Assembly: GCA_018822885.1 (NCBI GenBank)
Contig: JAHJJA010000037.1
Location: 1 to 36,043 of the forward strand
Source of the DNA: Candidatus Omnitrophota bacterium
Lineage (GTDB): Bacteria > Omnitrophota > Gorgyraeia > Gygaellales > Profunditerraquicolaceae
Direction of reading: 5' to 3'
Length of the DNA stretch: 36,043 bases
The position numbers and the translations under genes are program-made. Below, piece after piece: positions 16,944 through 25,990 of this stretch (within the stretch, counting starts at the first letter, position 1; the number at the start of each line of letters is the position of its first letter). The notes below the pieces were generated by a model. That model saw only the letters and a list, made by a program, of their open reading frames with translations. It had not been told where the DNA came from and ran no database searches.

Positions 16944-16946
16944 TCG

Positions 16947-18242
16947 ATGAATAAGATAAATCTTGGGCTTATTGGTTTTGGCACTGTCGGCTCAGGGCTG
17001 GTGAAGATCCTGCGTGACAAAAAAAGCTATCTTACCCGTAAGATCGGCATGGAAATAGATATCAAGAAGATCTGTGATAAAGACCTTGTTTCAAAGCGCA
17101 ATGTCAGCGTAGAAAAGTCTCTTTTGACCCGGGATTTTAGGGATATCGTAGATGATCCCCAAATAGATGTCGTGGTCGAGCTTATAGGCGGTATACATCC
17201 GGCAAAAGAGATAATCAGTGATTCTCTTAAAAAAGGGAAAAATATCGTTACGGCGAATAAGGCCCTTTTGGCACAAGAAGGGCAAGAATTATTTGCTTTA
17301 GCAAGCGATAAAGGAAAAAATATTTATTTTGAAGCTGCGGTAGGGGCGGGTATCCCGATTATAAAATCAGTGCGCGAAGGCCTTGCGGCAAATAAATTCG
17401 CCAGTGTTTTTGGCATTGTAAACGGTACTTCCAATTTTATATTATCGAGCATGTCGGATAATAACTGCAGCCTTTCGCAGGCGCTCACCGAGGCAAAAAA
17501 GCTGGGTTTTGCGGAAAAGAACCCTACCCTTGATATTGAAGGCATAGACTCGGCGCATAAATTAATACTCTTAACCTATTTATGTTTCGGCAGGTTCGTG
17601 AAACTTGAAGATGTATTTGTGGAGGGTATTTCGCGTATATCGCTTGCTGACGTAAATTATGCCAAAGAGTTGGGTTTTGAGATAAAGCTTTTGGCGATCG
17701 CTAAGAAAGAGGGTGAGGATTTAGAGGTCCGGGTGCATCCGACTTTGATTCCGAGGGAGCATTTGCTTTCTTCGGTAGGAGGTGTGTTTAACGCGATCCA
17801 TCTTTCAAGCGATCTCGCGGGAGATCTCCTATTTTATGGCCCGGGCGCAGGGCAATTATCGGCAGCATCAGCTGTTGTGGCTGATTTGATAGATCTGACT
17901 CAGGATATTAAAGCTGGGCTTTTCAGGCCGACCTTAAATATTATTGCCGATAATTCTATTAAGCGCTTGCGTAAGATCGACGATTTCGAAAGCAGGTATT
18001 ACATCCGTTTCCTTGCTTTGGATAAGCCTGGTGTCCTGGCGCACATATCCGGTATCCTGGCGAAATTCGGTATCAGTATCGCTTCGGTTACCCAAAAAGA
18101 AAGAAGAAAGACCCAGATAGTACCCATTGTGATGATCATTCACGAGGCAAAAGAGAAGAATTTAAGAGCCGCCTTGACCGCGATAGGAAAGATCGGCGCG
18201 GTAAAAGAGGAGCCGGTTGCAATAAGGATTGAACAGGCATGA
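16947..18242 (+). CDS. hom: Homoserine dehydrogenase with ACT domain
   Basis: [36 protein letters not shown]. Confidence 0.96.
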   Translation: MNKINLGLIGFGTVGSGLVKILRDKKSYLTRKIGMEIDIKKICDKDLVSKRNVSVEKSLLTRDFRDIVDDPQIDVVVELIGGIHPAKEIISDSLKKGKNIVTANKALLAQEGQELFALASDKGKNIYFEAAVGAGIPIIKSVREGLAANKFASVFGIVNGTSNFILSSMSDNNCSLSQALTEAKKLGFAEKNPTLDIEGIDSAHKLILLTYLCFGRFVKLEDVFVEGISRISLADVNYAKELGFEIKLLAIAKKEGEDLEVRVHPTLIPREHLLSSVGGVFNAIHLSSDLAGDLLFYGPGAGQLSAASAVVADLIDLTQDIKAGLFRPTLNIIADNSIKRLRKIDDFESRYYIRFLALDKPGVLAHISGILAKFGISIASVTQKERRKTQIVPIVMIIHEAKEKNLRAALTAIGKIGAVKEEPVAIRIEQA

Positions 18243-19315
18243 TTACAAGTCACAGGTATAACGGGATAATAGAGAAGTACAAGAAGCACTTGCCGGTTTC
18301 TAGGAAAACCCCGATTATTACTCTAAATGAGGGGAATACGCCGTTAATATATGCTTTTCATTTGAGTCAGATAGTCGGCAAGGGCGTAGAAGTTTATTTA
18401 AAATACGAAGGCTTAAATCCAACGGGTTCTTTTAAGGATAGGGGTATGACTATGGCCATATCCAAGGCCTGCGAAGAGGGTTCAAAAGCAGTGATGTGCG
18501 CTTCTACCGGCAATACATCTGCTTCGGCCGCAGCTTATGCGGCCCGTTCCGGGATCAAGTGCATTGTGCTTATTCCCAGTGGCGCGATTGCGCTGGGGAA
18601 GTTGAGCCAGGCGCTTATACACGGGGCCAAGGTCTTGGCAGTCAAGGGTAATTTTGATGCCGCTTTAGATTTAGTCAAGGAGATTACAAATAAATATCCG
18701 ATTACGCTGGTTAACTCTCTGAATCCATACCGAATAGAGGGGCAGAAAACAGCCAGTTTTGAAATTTGCGACTCGTTAGGCAGGGCGCCGGATTTTCAGG
18801 TTATGCCCGTCGGAAACGCGGGTAATATTACTGCTTATTGGAAGGGGTACAAGGAGTATAAGAAAGAGGGAAAAATAAGAATATTGCCAAGGATGTTAGG
18901 TTTTCAGGCAGAGGGGGCTGCGCCAATAGTGCGCGGTTATCCGATAAAAAACCCGGAAACAATCGCAACCGCTATTCGTATAGGAAATCCCGCAAGCTGG
19001 AAGCAGGCGCAAGTCGCGCGCGATGAATCCGGCGGATTGATCGATATGGTTTCCGATAAAGAAATTATTCAGGCCTATAAATTGCTGGCGGAAAAAGAAG
19101 GGGTGTTTGTCGAGCCGGCATCCGCGGCATCAATTGCAGGGTTGTTAAAACTAGTAAAAAAAGGATATTTTAAGTCACGAGGTCACAAAGTCAGGATTGT
19201 GTGTATTCTTACCGGCCATGGATTGAAAGACCCTGATAGGGCGATTAAGAGCGTAAAAGAGCCTCGTCTGGTCAAGGCTGATTTGAAGGCAATATTAAAA
19301 GAGATCGGGTATTAA
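18239..19315 (+). CDS. thrC: Threonine synthase
   Basis: [13 protein letters not shown] lysine, ASTGNTS, PVGNAGN, TGHGLKD. Confidence 0.96.
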   Translation: MITSHRYNGIIEKYKKHLPVSRKTPIITLNEGNTPLIYAFHLSQIVGKGVEVYLKYEGLNPTGSFKDRGMTMAISKACEEGSKAVMCASTGNTSASAAAYAARSGIKCIVLIPSGAIALGKLSQALIHGAKVLAVKGNFDAALDLVKEITNKYPITLVNSLNPYRIEGQKTASFEICDSLGRAPDFQVMPVGNAGNITAYWKGYKEYKKEGKIRILPRMLGFQAEGAAPIVRGYPIKNPETIATAIRIGNPASWKQAQVARDESGGLIDMVSDKEIIQAYKLLAEKEGVFVEPASAASIAGLLKLVKKGYFKSRGHKVRIVCILTGHGLKDPDRAIKSVKEPRLVKADLKAILKEIGY

Positions 19316-19324
19316 ATAGTATTG

Positions 19325-19485
19325 GGTTGCGTTAATCGGTTGCGGTTGCGTCTGCCTGCCGGCAGGCAGGTAACTGGAAACGTTTATCGTTAATCGTTTT
19401 CGTTACGTTAAACGTTTAACGAATGACGATTCGAGCTACGCAACCTATTAACCAAGGAAGATTCTAGTTACACAACCGACTAACG
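19325..19485. repeat. Composite nested-palindrome intergenic element
   Basis: Perfect palindromes CTGCCTGCCGGCAGGCAG (19352-19369) and CGTTAAACGTTTAACG (19406-19421); outer IRs 19330-19342/19473-19485 and 19344-19351/19438-19445. Confidence 0.8.
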
Positions 19486-19486
19486 A

Positions 19487-20146
19487 ATGACAAAATCAGG
19501 CAACTTAAAAAATAAACGTATCCTGATTACTGCCGGCCCCACATGGGTCGCGATTGATAGCGTTAGAGTGATCAGTAATACCGCTACCGGAGAAACCGGG
19601 ATTTTATTGGCGGAGGAATTTTCCCGGTTGGGCGCCAAAGTGACTTTGGTGCTTGGTCCGATCGGGAGGATCTGCCTTAGTAAGAACATCAGGTTGATCA
19701 ACTTTAGGTTCTTTGATGAGCTTAAGGATATAATTGTTAAAGAACTGAGATCGCATAGATATGATGCCATGATTCATTCTGCGGCAGTCTCTGATTATGC
19801 GCCGCAAAAGCTTTATCGAACTAAGATAGGCTCAGGTTTAAAAAAATTGGCTCTTTCCCTTAAGTCCACGCCTAAGATCATTGATTTAATAAAACAGATC
19901 CGGCCGGATATATTTTTAGTAGGATTTAAATTCGAGCCTCAATCCGGAAAGCAGCGCTTGATCAAAGAAGCAAAAGATTTGATTTTATCTTCAGGCGCCG
20001 ATTTAGTCGTGGCTAATACACTTCAAAGAAATAAGTACAAATCTTTTATTTCGGACGGCGTGAGGGTATATATTGAGGCAGAAAACAAGAGGGTGTTAGT
20101 AGCTAAACTCTCTGGTTTGGTCAAGGAAAAATTGCTATGGAATTAA
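19487..20146 (+). CDS. coaB: Stand-alone phosphopantothenate-cysteine ligase (CoaB domain only)
   Basis: ITAGPT..IDSVRVISN..TG..G, AAVSDY, TPKII, VGFKFE, VVAN; no CoaC flavoprotein domain. Confidence 0.85.
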   Translation: MTKSGNLKNKRILITAGPTWVAIDSVRVISNTATGETGILLAEEFSRLGAKVTLVLGPIGRICLSKNIRLINFRFFDELKDIIVKELRSHRYDAMIHSAAVSDYAPQKLYRTKIGSGLKKLALSLKSTPKIIDLIKQIRPDIFLVGFKFEPQSGKQRLIKEAKDLILSSGADLVVANTLQRNKYKSFISDGVRVYIEAENKRVLVAKLSGLVKEKLLWN

Positions 20147-20859
20147 TGTTGGCTGATAAATATAAAGCGCTCCTGGATAGATTTGTCCGGGATTTAAAAG
20201 GAGTTTATCCTGATGGCCTTGTTTCTGTGATCCTTTACGGAAGTGCTTCCAGCGGAGAATTCATGGATAAACACTCCAATATTAATTTATTGGTGGTTCT
20301 TACGGACACGACCCTAAAGAATCTCAAGAAAGCCTCGCCGTTGATCAATAATGTAAGATTCGGCATAATCAATCCGCTTTTTTTCACTGAATCCTATATT
20401 GCTAAATCCCTGGATGTTTTTCCGATAGAATTCCTGGATATGAAGGAAAGCTATGCGGTTTTATACGGCAAGGATTGTCTTAAGGATTTGATTGTTGATC
20501 CGAAGAACTTGCGCTTTCAGTGCGAACAGGAGCTGAAATCAAAACTTATCAATATCAAAAAATCTTATTTAAAGATCAATAATAAGAATGAGCTAAAAAA
20601 TACGCTTTTTAAAGCCTCTACTTCCGTTATGCATATCCTAAAGAATTTGCTCAGGTTGAAGCTAAAGGCTCCGGCTTATTTAAAAGAAGATTGTCTGGAT
20701 CAGGTTTCAAAAGAGTTTAACAGGGAATTGTCCGGACTGAAGAGGGCTTTGGAGGCAAAGAAGAAAAATCTAAAGTTTTCTTACGCTGAAATAGATTCGC
20801 TTTTTTCAGATTTCGTAGAAGACTTAGAAAATATGGTCAGCGTGGTCGATGAGCTTTAA
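20137..20859 (+). CDS. Nucleotidyltransferase-fold protein (type usually found beside TPM/LemA genes)
   Basis: LYGSASSGE...SNINLLVV, DVFPIEFLDM, LRFQCEQEL. Confidence 0.75.
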   Translation: MELMLADKYKALLDRFVRDLKGVYPDGLVSVILYGSASSGEFMDKHSNINLLVVLTDTTLKNLKKASPLINNVRFGIINPLFFTESYIAKSLDVFPIEFLDMKESYAVLYGKDCLKDLIVDPKNLRFQCEQELKSKLINIKKSYLKINNKNELKNTLFKASTSVMHILKNLLRLKLKAPAYLKEDCLDQVSKEFNRELSGLKRALEAKKKNLKFSYAEIDSLFSDFVEDLENMVSVVDEL

Positions 20860-20867
20860 TTTTCCTC

Positions 20868-21800
20868 ATGTATAGAAAATGGCTATTTGTTTTAACAGTT
20901 CTTTTGATCTTTGGGGGAAGTAATTTTGCTGCGGAGTTACCGCAGCCGTCCGGCTGGGTAAATGATTTTGCCGGCGTAATAAGCCAGGAATATCGGACAA
21001 AATTAGAAGATTTAGCGCAAGTTCTAGAGAAAAAGACAACAGCGGAGATCTTTGTAGTCACAGTTGACTCTATCGCGCCTTACGACGAAAAGCAAATCGC
21101 GCGAAAGCTCTTTGATAGCTGGAAGCCGGGTAAAAAGGGTAAGGATAACGGAGTTTTAGTGCTTTTGGCAGTAAGAGAAAGGCGCTGGCGTATCGAGACC
21201 GGATACGGCCTTGAAGGCATTCTTCCTGACAGCCTTTGCGGTACTATCGGCCGCAATTATATGGTGCCTCTTTTTAAAGAAGGTAAATACGGAGAGGGTC
21301 TTTATTATGGCGCGGCTGCTATTATCAGATTGGTTGCCCGTGATTCAGGGGTAGAGATAAGCGGATTAAAGGGGTTACCTGTAGAAAAAACTGGGACGGC
21401 TACGCGCGGTTCAAAGATAGTTATCTACTTTTTCGCCGTATTCTTTTTTTATTTATGGAACTTACCGTGGCCTATTTTTATAGGTTTGCCTTTTACTTTA
21501 CTTTTTGCCGGTGTTTTTTATAGCATAGCTCCGCTTGCGGGAATTCTGACAATTTGTTCCTATTGCGCTTCTATGGCAACAAGGTATTTTATTTGGAGGA
21601 ATCTTCCGCTTGAGGGCAGGCCCGGTCTATTAAAGTTGTTTATTTTTGGGCTTCCGTCTCTCGGCGGCTCTGGTAGAGGCCATAATCGGGGAGGCTACTA
21701 TGGTGGTGGATTTGGGGGAGGCTTTGGTGGCGGAGGCGGTGGCTTTGGTGGCGGGGGCGGAGGTTGCGGCGGGGGCGGAGGCGCAGGAGGAGGGTTTTAA
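20868..21800 (+). CDS. TPM-domain (YgcG-like) membrane protein with Gly-rich tail
   Basis: Signal peptide, VNDFAGVI, DNGVLVL, RIETGYGLEGILPD, poly-Gly C-terminus. Confidence 0.88.
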   Translation: MYRKWLFVLTVLLIFGGSNFAAELPQPSGWVNDFAGVISQEYRTKLEDLAQVLEKKTTAEIFVVTVDSIAPYDEKQIARKLFDSWKPGKKGKDNGVLVLLAVRERRWRIETGYGLEGILPDSLCGTIGRNYMVPLFKEGKYGEGLYYGAAAIIRLVARDSGVEISGLKGLPVEKTGTATRGSKIVIYFFAVFFFYLWNLPWPIFIGLPFTLLFAGVFYSIAPLAGILTICSYCASMATRYFIWRNLPLEGRPGLLKLFIFGLPSLGGSGRGHNRGGYYGGGFGGGFGGGGGGFGGGGGGCGGGGGAGGGF

Positions 21801-21807
21801 ATAAAAA

Positions 21808-23040
21808 ATGAAATATATAGTTTTAGTTGGTGATGGGATGGCTGATTATCCGGTCAAAGAACTTGATGGCCGTACGCCTTTAGAGGCGGCGCGCACGCCG
21901 AATATGGATCATATTGCACGTTTTGGCTCACTCGGCAGAGTAAAGACAATACCTGAAAAGGCGCAGCCTGGTTCTGATGTCGCGAATATCACGATCTTTG
22001 GTTATGATCCGGATCAATATTATACCGGCCGCGGCCCTTTAGAAGCGGCAAATCTGGGAATAAAGTTAGCAGAGGATGATGTTGCTTTCCGTTGTAATCT
22101 GATCACTGCCACAGGGGATATCCTGACTGATTATAGCGCCGGGCATATCAGTTCCGGAGAAGCGGCTATTCTTATAAAGTTTCTTGAAGAAAATCTCGGC
22201 AGTGATAAATTTAAATTTTATCACGGAGTAAGTTACAGGCATTTGCTATTGGTCAGGGGCGGATGTAAAGAAGGGTTTGATCTATTGAAGTGCACGCCGC
22301 CTCATGATATATCCGGCCAGAGCATTTCTAAAAACCTGCCCAAGGGTGATAATGCTGATATCTTGATAGATTTGATGGAGAAGTCGCGTAAGATCTTGCC
22401 AGAGCAGGAAATTAACCACGTGCGCGTGGACCTGAAAGAGAACCCCGCGAACATGATCTGGTTGTGGGGCCAAGGGAAAAAACCATCGATGCCGACATTC
22501 AGGGAAAAATACGGCTTGCGCGGCAGCGTAATATCGGCGGTCGATCTTATTAAAGGTCTGGGAAGGATCATAGGCCTTAATGTGATCAATGTCCCGGGCG
22601 CGACAGGATATTATGATACTGATTACGAGGGAAAGGCAAATGCCGCGTTGAAATCGCTTCATGATAATGATTTTGTTTTTGTGCATGTTGAGGCGCCTGA
22701 TGAGGCCGGACACAACGGAGACTTGAGAGAGAAGATCGCGGCAATAGAAAGATTCGATCAATTGATCGTTGGTAAAGTGCTTGAGGAATTTAAAAATAAG
22801 AATAATTTCAGGGTATTGGTGCTTCCGGACCATGCGACCCCGGTGTCTGTCAGGACCCATACCCGCGAGCCTGTGTTGTTCGGTATTTTTGGCCAGGATA
22901 TCATAGGAAAGGGGTTTCAGAAATACTGCGAGAAGGAAGCCGAGCATTCAGAGGTGTTTTTTGAGAAAGGCTATGAGCTGATGGATTATTTGATAAACGG
23001 AGAGGATGTTTTAAGTAATCGGGAGAGTAAAGATGCATAA
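21808..23040 (+). CDS. apgM: ApgM-type cofactor-independent phosphoglycerate mutase family (proposed alternative homoserine kinase)
   Basis: GDGMAD, TPNMD, PGSDVAN, YTGRGPLEA, EAPDEAGH, PDHATP; located in the hom-thrC-lysC cluster. Confidence 0.85.
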   Translation: MKYIVLVGDGMADYPVKELDGRTPLEAARTPNMDHIARFGSLGRVKTIPEKAQPGSDVANITIFGYDPDQYYTGRGPLEAANLGIKLAEDDVAFRCNLITATGDILTDYSAGHISSGEAAILIKFLEENLGSDKFKFYHGVSYRHLLLVRGGCKEGFDLLKCTPPHDISGQSISKNLPKGDNADILIDLMEKSRKILPEQEINHVRVDLKENPANMIWLWGQGKKPSMPTFREKYGLRGSVISAVDLIKGLGRIIGLNVINVPGATGYYDTDYEGKANAALKSLHDNDFVFVHVEAPDEAGHNGDLREKIAAIERFDQLIVGKVLEEFKNKNNFRVLVLPDHATPVSVRTHTREPVLFGIFGQDIIGKGFQKYCEKEAEHSEVFFEKGYELMDYLINGEDVLSNRESKDA

Positions 23041-24253
23041 GGGTTTGATTGTTCAGAAATTCGGCGGTTCCTCTGTGGCTAATGTTGAGCGGATACAGAA
23101 TGTGGCTAAACGGGTGACTAGCTATAGAAAAAATAGGTTTGATTTAGTGGTTGTAGTTTCGGCTTTGGGAGATACGACCGATGAGCTTATTGAGTTAGCT
23201 GCCCAGATAAATACCGAGCCTTCAGAGCGCGAGATGGATATGCTGCTTTCAACAGGCGAACAGATCTCCGTAGCGCTCCTTGCTATGGCTATACATAAGC
23301 TTGGATATGAAGCGATCTCTTTTACCGGAGCGCAGGTAGGCATAATCACTGATACCAGTCATACGCGCGCGCGGATCGTAAAAATAAACGGAGACAGGAT
23401 CAAAGAGGAGCTTAAAAAGGGAAAGATCGTCATCGTTGCCGGGTTTCAGGGTATGACATTGAATCAGGATATTACGACCCTTGGCCGCGGCGGCTCTGAC
23501 CTGACTGCTGTTGCTTTGGCCAAGGAGCTAAAAGCCAATGCCTGCGAGATATACACGGATGTCGAGGGGATTTATACAACAGATCCTAGGATCGAGCCAA
23601 AAGCCAAAAAAATAAAAGAGGTTACGTATGATGAGATGCTTGAAATGGCTTCTCTTGGCGCGCAGGTTATGCAGGCGCGCTCGATAGAGGTAGCGAAAAA
23701 ATTTGATGTGCCCATACATGTCCGGTCATCTTTTTTGGATAAACCCGGGACAATGATTATTAAGGAGGTTAAAAGAATGGAAGATGTATTAGTCAGCGGG
23801 ATAACCTTGAATAAAAATGAGGCAAAAATAACGATCTGCGATGTTCCTGATAAGCCCGGGATAGCAGCGAAGATCTTTAACGAATTGTCTTCGAGCGGAG
23901 TCAGTGTAGACATGATAGTGCAAAATGTCAGTCATATCCGATCAACAGATATCTCTTTTACCATAAATAAAGCCGAATTGCCCAAGACAATAAAGATCGT
24001 TAAAAAGGCGGCTAAGAATATTGAGGCTGGCGAGGTATTAAAGGATGAGGATATCGCGCGCGTCTCTATTGTCGGGGTCGGAATGAAGTCACATTCCGGG
24101 GTGGCCGCGAAGATGTTTGAAACGCTCGCGCATAATAAGATAAATATTGAAATGATCTCGACTTCTGATATCAGTATCTCTTGTATTATCCAGAAAAAGT
24201 TCGCAGAGACTGCCGTGCGTTCTTTGCACGAGAAGTTTGGGCTTGGAAAATAG
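23033..24253 (+). CDS. lysC: Aspartate kinase
   Basis: QKFGGSSV, TTLGRGGSD, TDVEGIYT.DP, two ACT domains. Confidence 0.96.
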   Translation: MHKGLIVQKFGGSSVANVERIQNVAKRVTSYRKNRFDLVVVVSALGDTTDELIELAAQINTEPSEREMDMLLSTGEQISVALLAMAIHKLGYEAISFTGAQVGIITDTSHTRARIVKINGDRIKEELKKGKIVIVAGFQGMTLNQDITTLGRGGSDLTAVALAKELKANACEIYTDVEGIYTTDPRIEPKAKKIKEVTYDEMLEMASLGAQVMQARSIEVAKKFDVPIHVRSSFLDKPGTMIIKEVKRMEDVLVSGITLNKNEAKITICDVPDKPGIAAKIFNELSSSGVSVDMIVQNVSHIRSTDISFTINKAELPKTIKIVKKAAKNIEAGEVLKDEDIARVSIVGVGMKSHSGVAAKMFETLAHNKINIEMISTSDISISCIIQKKFAETAVRSLHEKFGLGK

Positions 24254-24290
24254 ATCAGTGTTGTGACCCGCAGTAGCGAGAGAGGGAATT

Positions 24291-25877
24291 ATGCCAACAG
24301 TTAAACTATACGATACAACGCTTCGCGACGGAAGCCAGGGGGAAGGCATCTCTTATTCTGTAATGGACAAGATCCGCATTGCGGGAGAGCTGGATATGCT
24401 CGGTGTCCATTACATTGAGGGAGGCTGGCCAGGTTCTAATCCTAAAGATATGGAGTTTTTCCTGAAAATGGCCAAAAAACCGTTGAAGGTTTCTCGGCTG
24501 GCGGCTTTTAGCATGACCCGCAGGCCTAATACCAGCGCCTCGCAGGATACCAACTTGAAGGCATTAATAAAATCGCAGGCAAAGATTATAACTATCGTAG
24601 GAAAGACTTGGAATATGCATGTCACTGATGTCTTAAAGACTTCGCTTGATGAAAATATCAATATGATCAAGGATACGATAAGTTTCTTGGCCGGTAAGGG
24701 GCTTGAGGTTTTTTATGACGCCGAACACTTTTTCGATGCCTTTAACGCTAACAAGGAGTATAGCGTAAAATGCCTTTTGGCTGCTCAAGAATCCGGAGCT
24801 AAGGCTATTTGTTTATGCGATACTAACGGCGGAACGCTTACTTCAAAAGTCATCGAAGTCATCAAAGAAGTCCGGCCCAAGATAAATGTTTCTTTGGGGA
24901 TACATTGCCATAATGACGCTGATCTGGCGGTTGCCAATTCTATTGCCGCTGTCGAGGCAGGAGCCGATGTGGTCCAGGGCACTATAAACGGATATGGGGA
25001 GCGCTGCGGAAATGCAGACCTTATCCCAATCATAGGCAACCTGAAATTAAAGATGGGAATAGATTGTATTAGCGACGATAAATTAAAGGAACTGACTAAG
25101 GTGTCGCATTTCGTGAGCGAAGTAAGCAATATGAAGTTAAGAGCTGATCAGCCTTACACAGGTTATTCCGCATTCGCGCATAAAGGGGGAATGCACATTA
25201 ACGCGGTCATGAAGAATCCCAAGGCTTATGAGCATACTGACCCTGTGCTTGTAGGAAACCACCGTAGGATTTTGGTCTCTGAACTAGGAGGAAAGACCGG
25301 TATATTGCTGCGCGCAAAAGATCTGGAGCTTGATCTAAGCAAGGAGGACCCTAATACAAAGAAGATCCTTTCTCTGGTGCAGAAATTAGAGCATGAGGGG
25401 TATCATTTTGAGGCCGCAGAGGCATCTTTTGAATTATTAATGAAGAAGGCGCTTAAGAAATATAAAAAGTTCTTTGAGTTTGAAGGATTTCGCGTTGTGG
25501 TTGAGAAACGTTCCGATAAGAAGATCACCTCCGAGGCGATCATCAAATTAAAAGTCAAAGGGATCAAAGAGCATACAGCCGCAGAAGGCGACGGGCCTGT
25601 TAACGCCCTGGATAACGCGCTGCGCAAGGCCCTGAAAGAGTTCTACCCGACTTTGTCCAAGATGCGCTTGTCGGATTTCAAGGTGCGCGTCTTAGATGAA
25701 AAGGCCGGTACAGCTGCCAGGGTAAGGGTATTGATCCAATCGCAGGATGAAGCCGAGACCTGGAGCACAATAGGCGTACATGAAAATATCATTGAAGCAA
25801 GCTGGAAAGCGCTTGTTGATAGTGTTGAGTACAAGCTTCTAAAAGACATCAAAGCGCAGTCCCGCGGAGGAGTATAA
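24291..25877 (+). CDS. cimA: Citramalate synthase (LeuA/CimA family)
   Basis: DTTLRDGSQGEG, GGWPGSNPKD, YDAEHFFD, HCHND, GERCGN, AEGDGPVNALD. Confidence 0.9.
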   Translation: MPTVKLYDTTLRDGSQGEGISYSVMDKIRIAGELDMLGVHYIEGGWPGSNPKDMEFFLKMAKKPLKVSRLAAFSMTRRPNTSASQDTNLKALIKSQAKIITIVGKTWNMHVTDVLKTSLDENINMIKDTISFLAGKGLEVFYDAEHFFDAFNANKEYSVKCLLAAQESGAKAICLCDTNGGTLTSKVIEVIKEVRPKINVSLGIHCHNDADLAVANSIAAVEAGADVVQGTINGYGERCGNADLIPIIGNLKLKMGIDCISDDKLKELTKVSHFVSEVSNMKLRADQPYTGYSAFAHKGGMHINAVMKNPKAYEHTDPVLVGNHRRILVSELGGKTGILLRAKDLELDLSKEDPNTKKILSLVQKLEHEGYHFEAAEASFELLMKKALKKYKKFFEFEGFRVVVEKRSDKKITSEAIIKLKVKGIKEHTAAEGDGPVNALDNALRKALKEFYPTLSKMRLSDFKVRVLDEKAGTAARVRVLIQSQDEAETWSTIGVHENIIEASWKALVDSVEYKLLKDIKAQSRGGV

Positions 25878-25990
25878 TGCTGGCTCGCTAGCGGGGCAAG
25901 CTATTGAAAGATACCAATGCGAAGTCCCGCGAAGAAATAAAATAGGTTGCTCGCTAGCGGGGCAAGCTATTGAAAGATCAAACTAAATGA
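25832..25990 (+). repeat. Tandem 65/66-bp units duplicating the cimA 3' end around a hairpin element
   Basis: Identical 30-mer GCTCGCTAGCGGGGCAAGCTATTGAAAGAT at 25883-25912 and 25949-25978; KLLKD-coding segment at 25833, 25898 and 25964. Confidence 0.85.

Noticed and set aside
21690-21797. GGN-rich low-complexity tract as a G-quadruplex or repeat element
   Set aside because: Explained by the poly-Gly tail normal for TPM/YgcG proteins
25883-25978. Mini-CRISPR: two identical 30-bp repeats containing ATTGAAAG near their 3' end, with a 36-nt spacer
   Set aside because: The 'spacer' is homologous to the sequence preceding repeat 1, ATTGAAAG is part of the duplicated KLLKD codons of cimA, and there are no cas genes or leader
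25878-25986. T-box riboswitch upstream of valS
   Set aside because: No TGGNACC T-box bulge, specifier stem or terminator, and the region is too short
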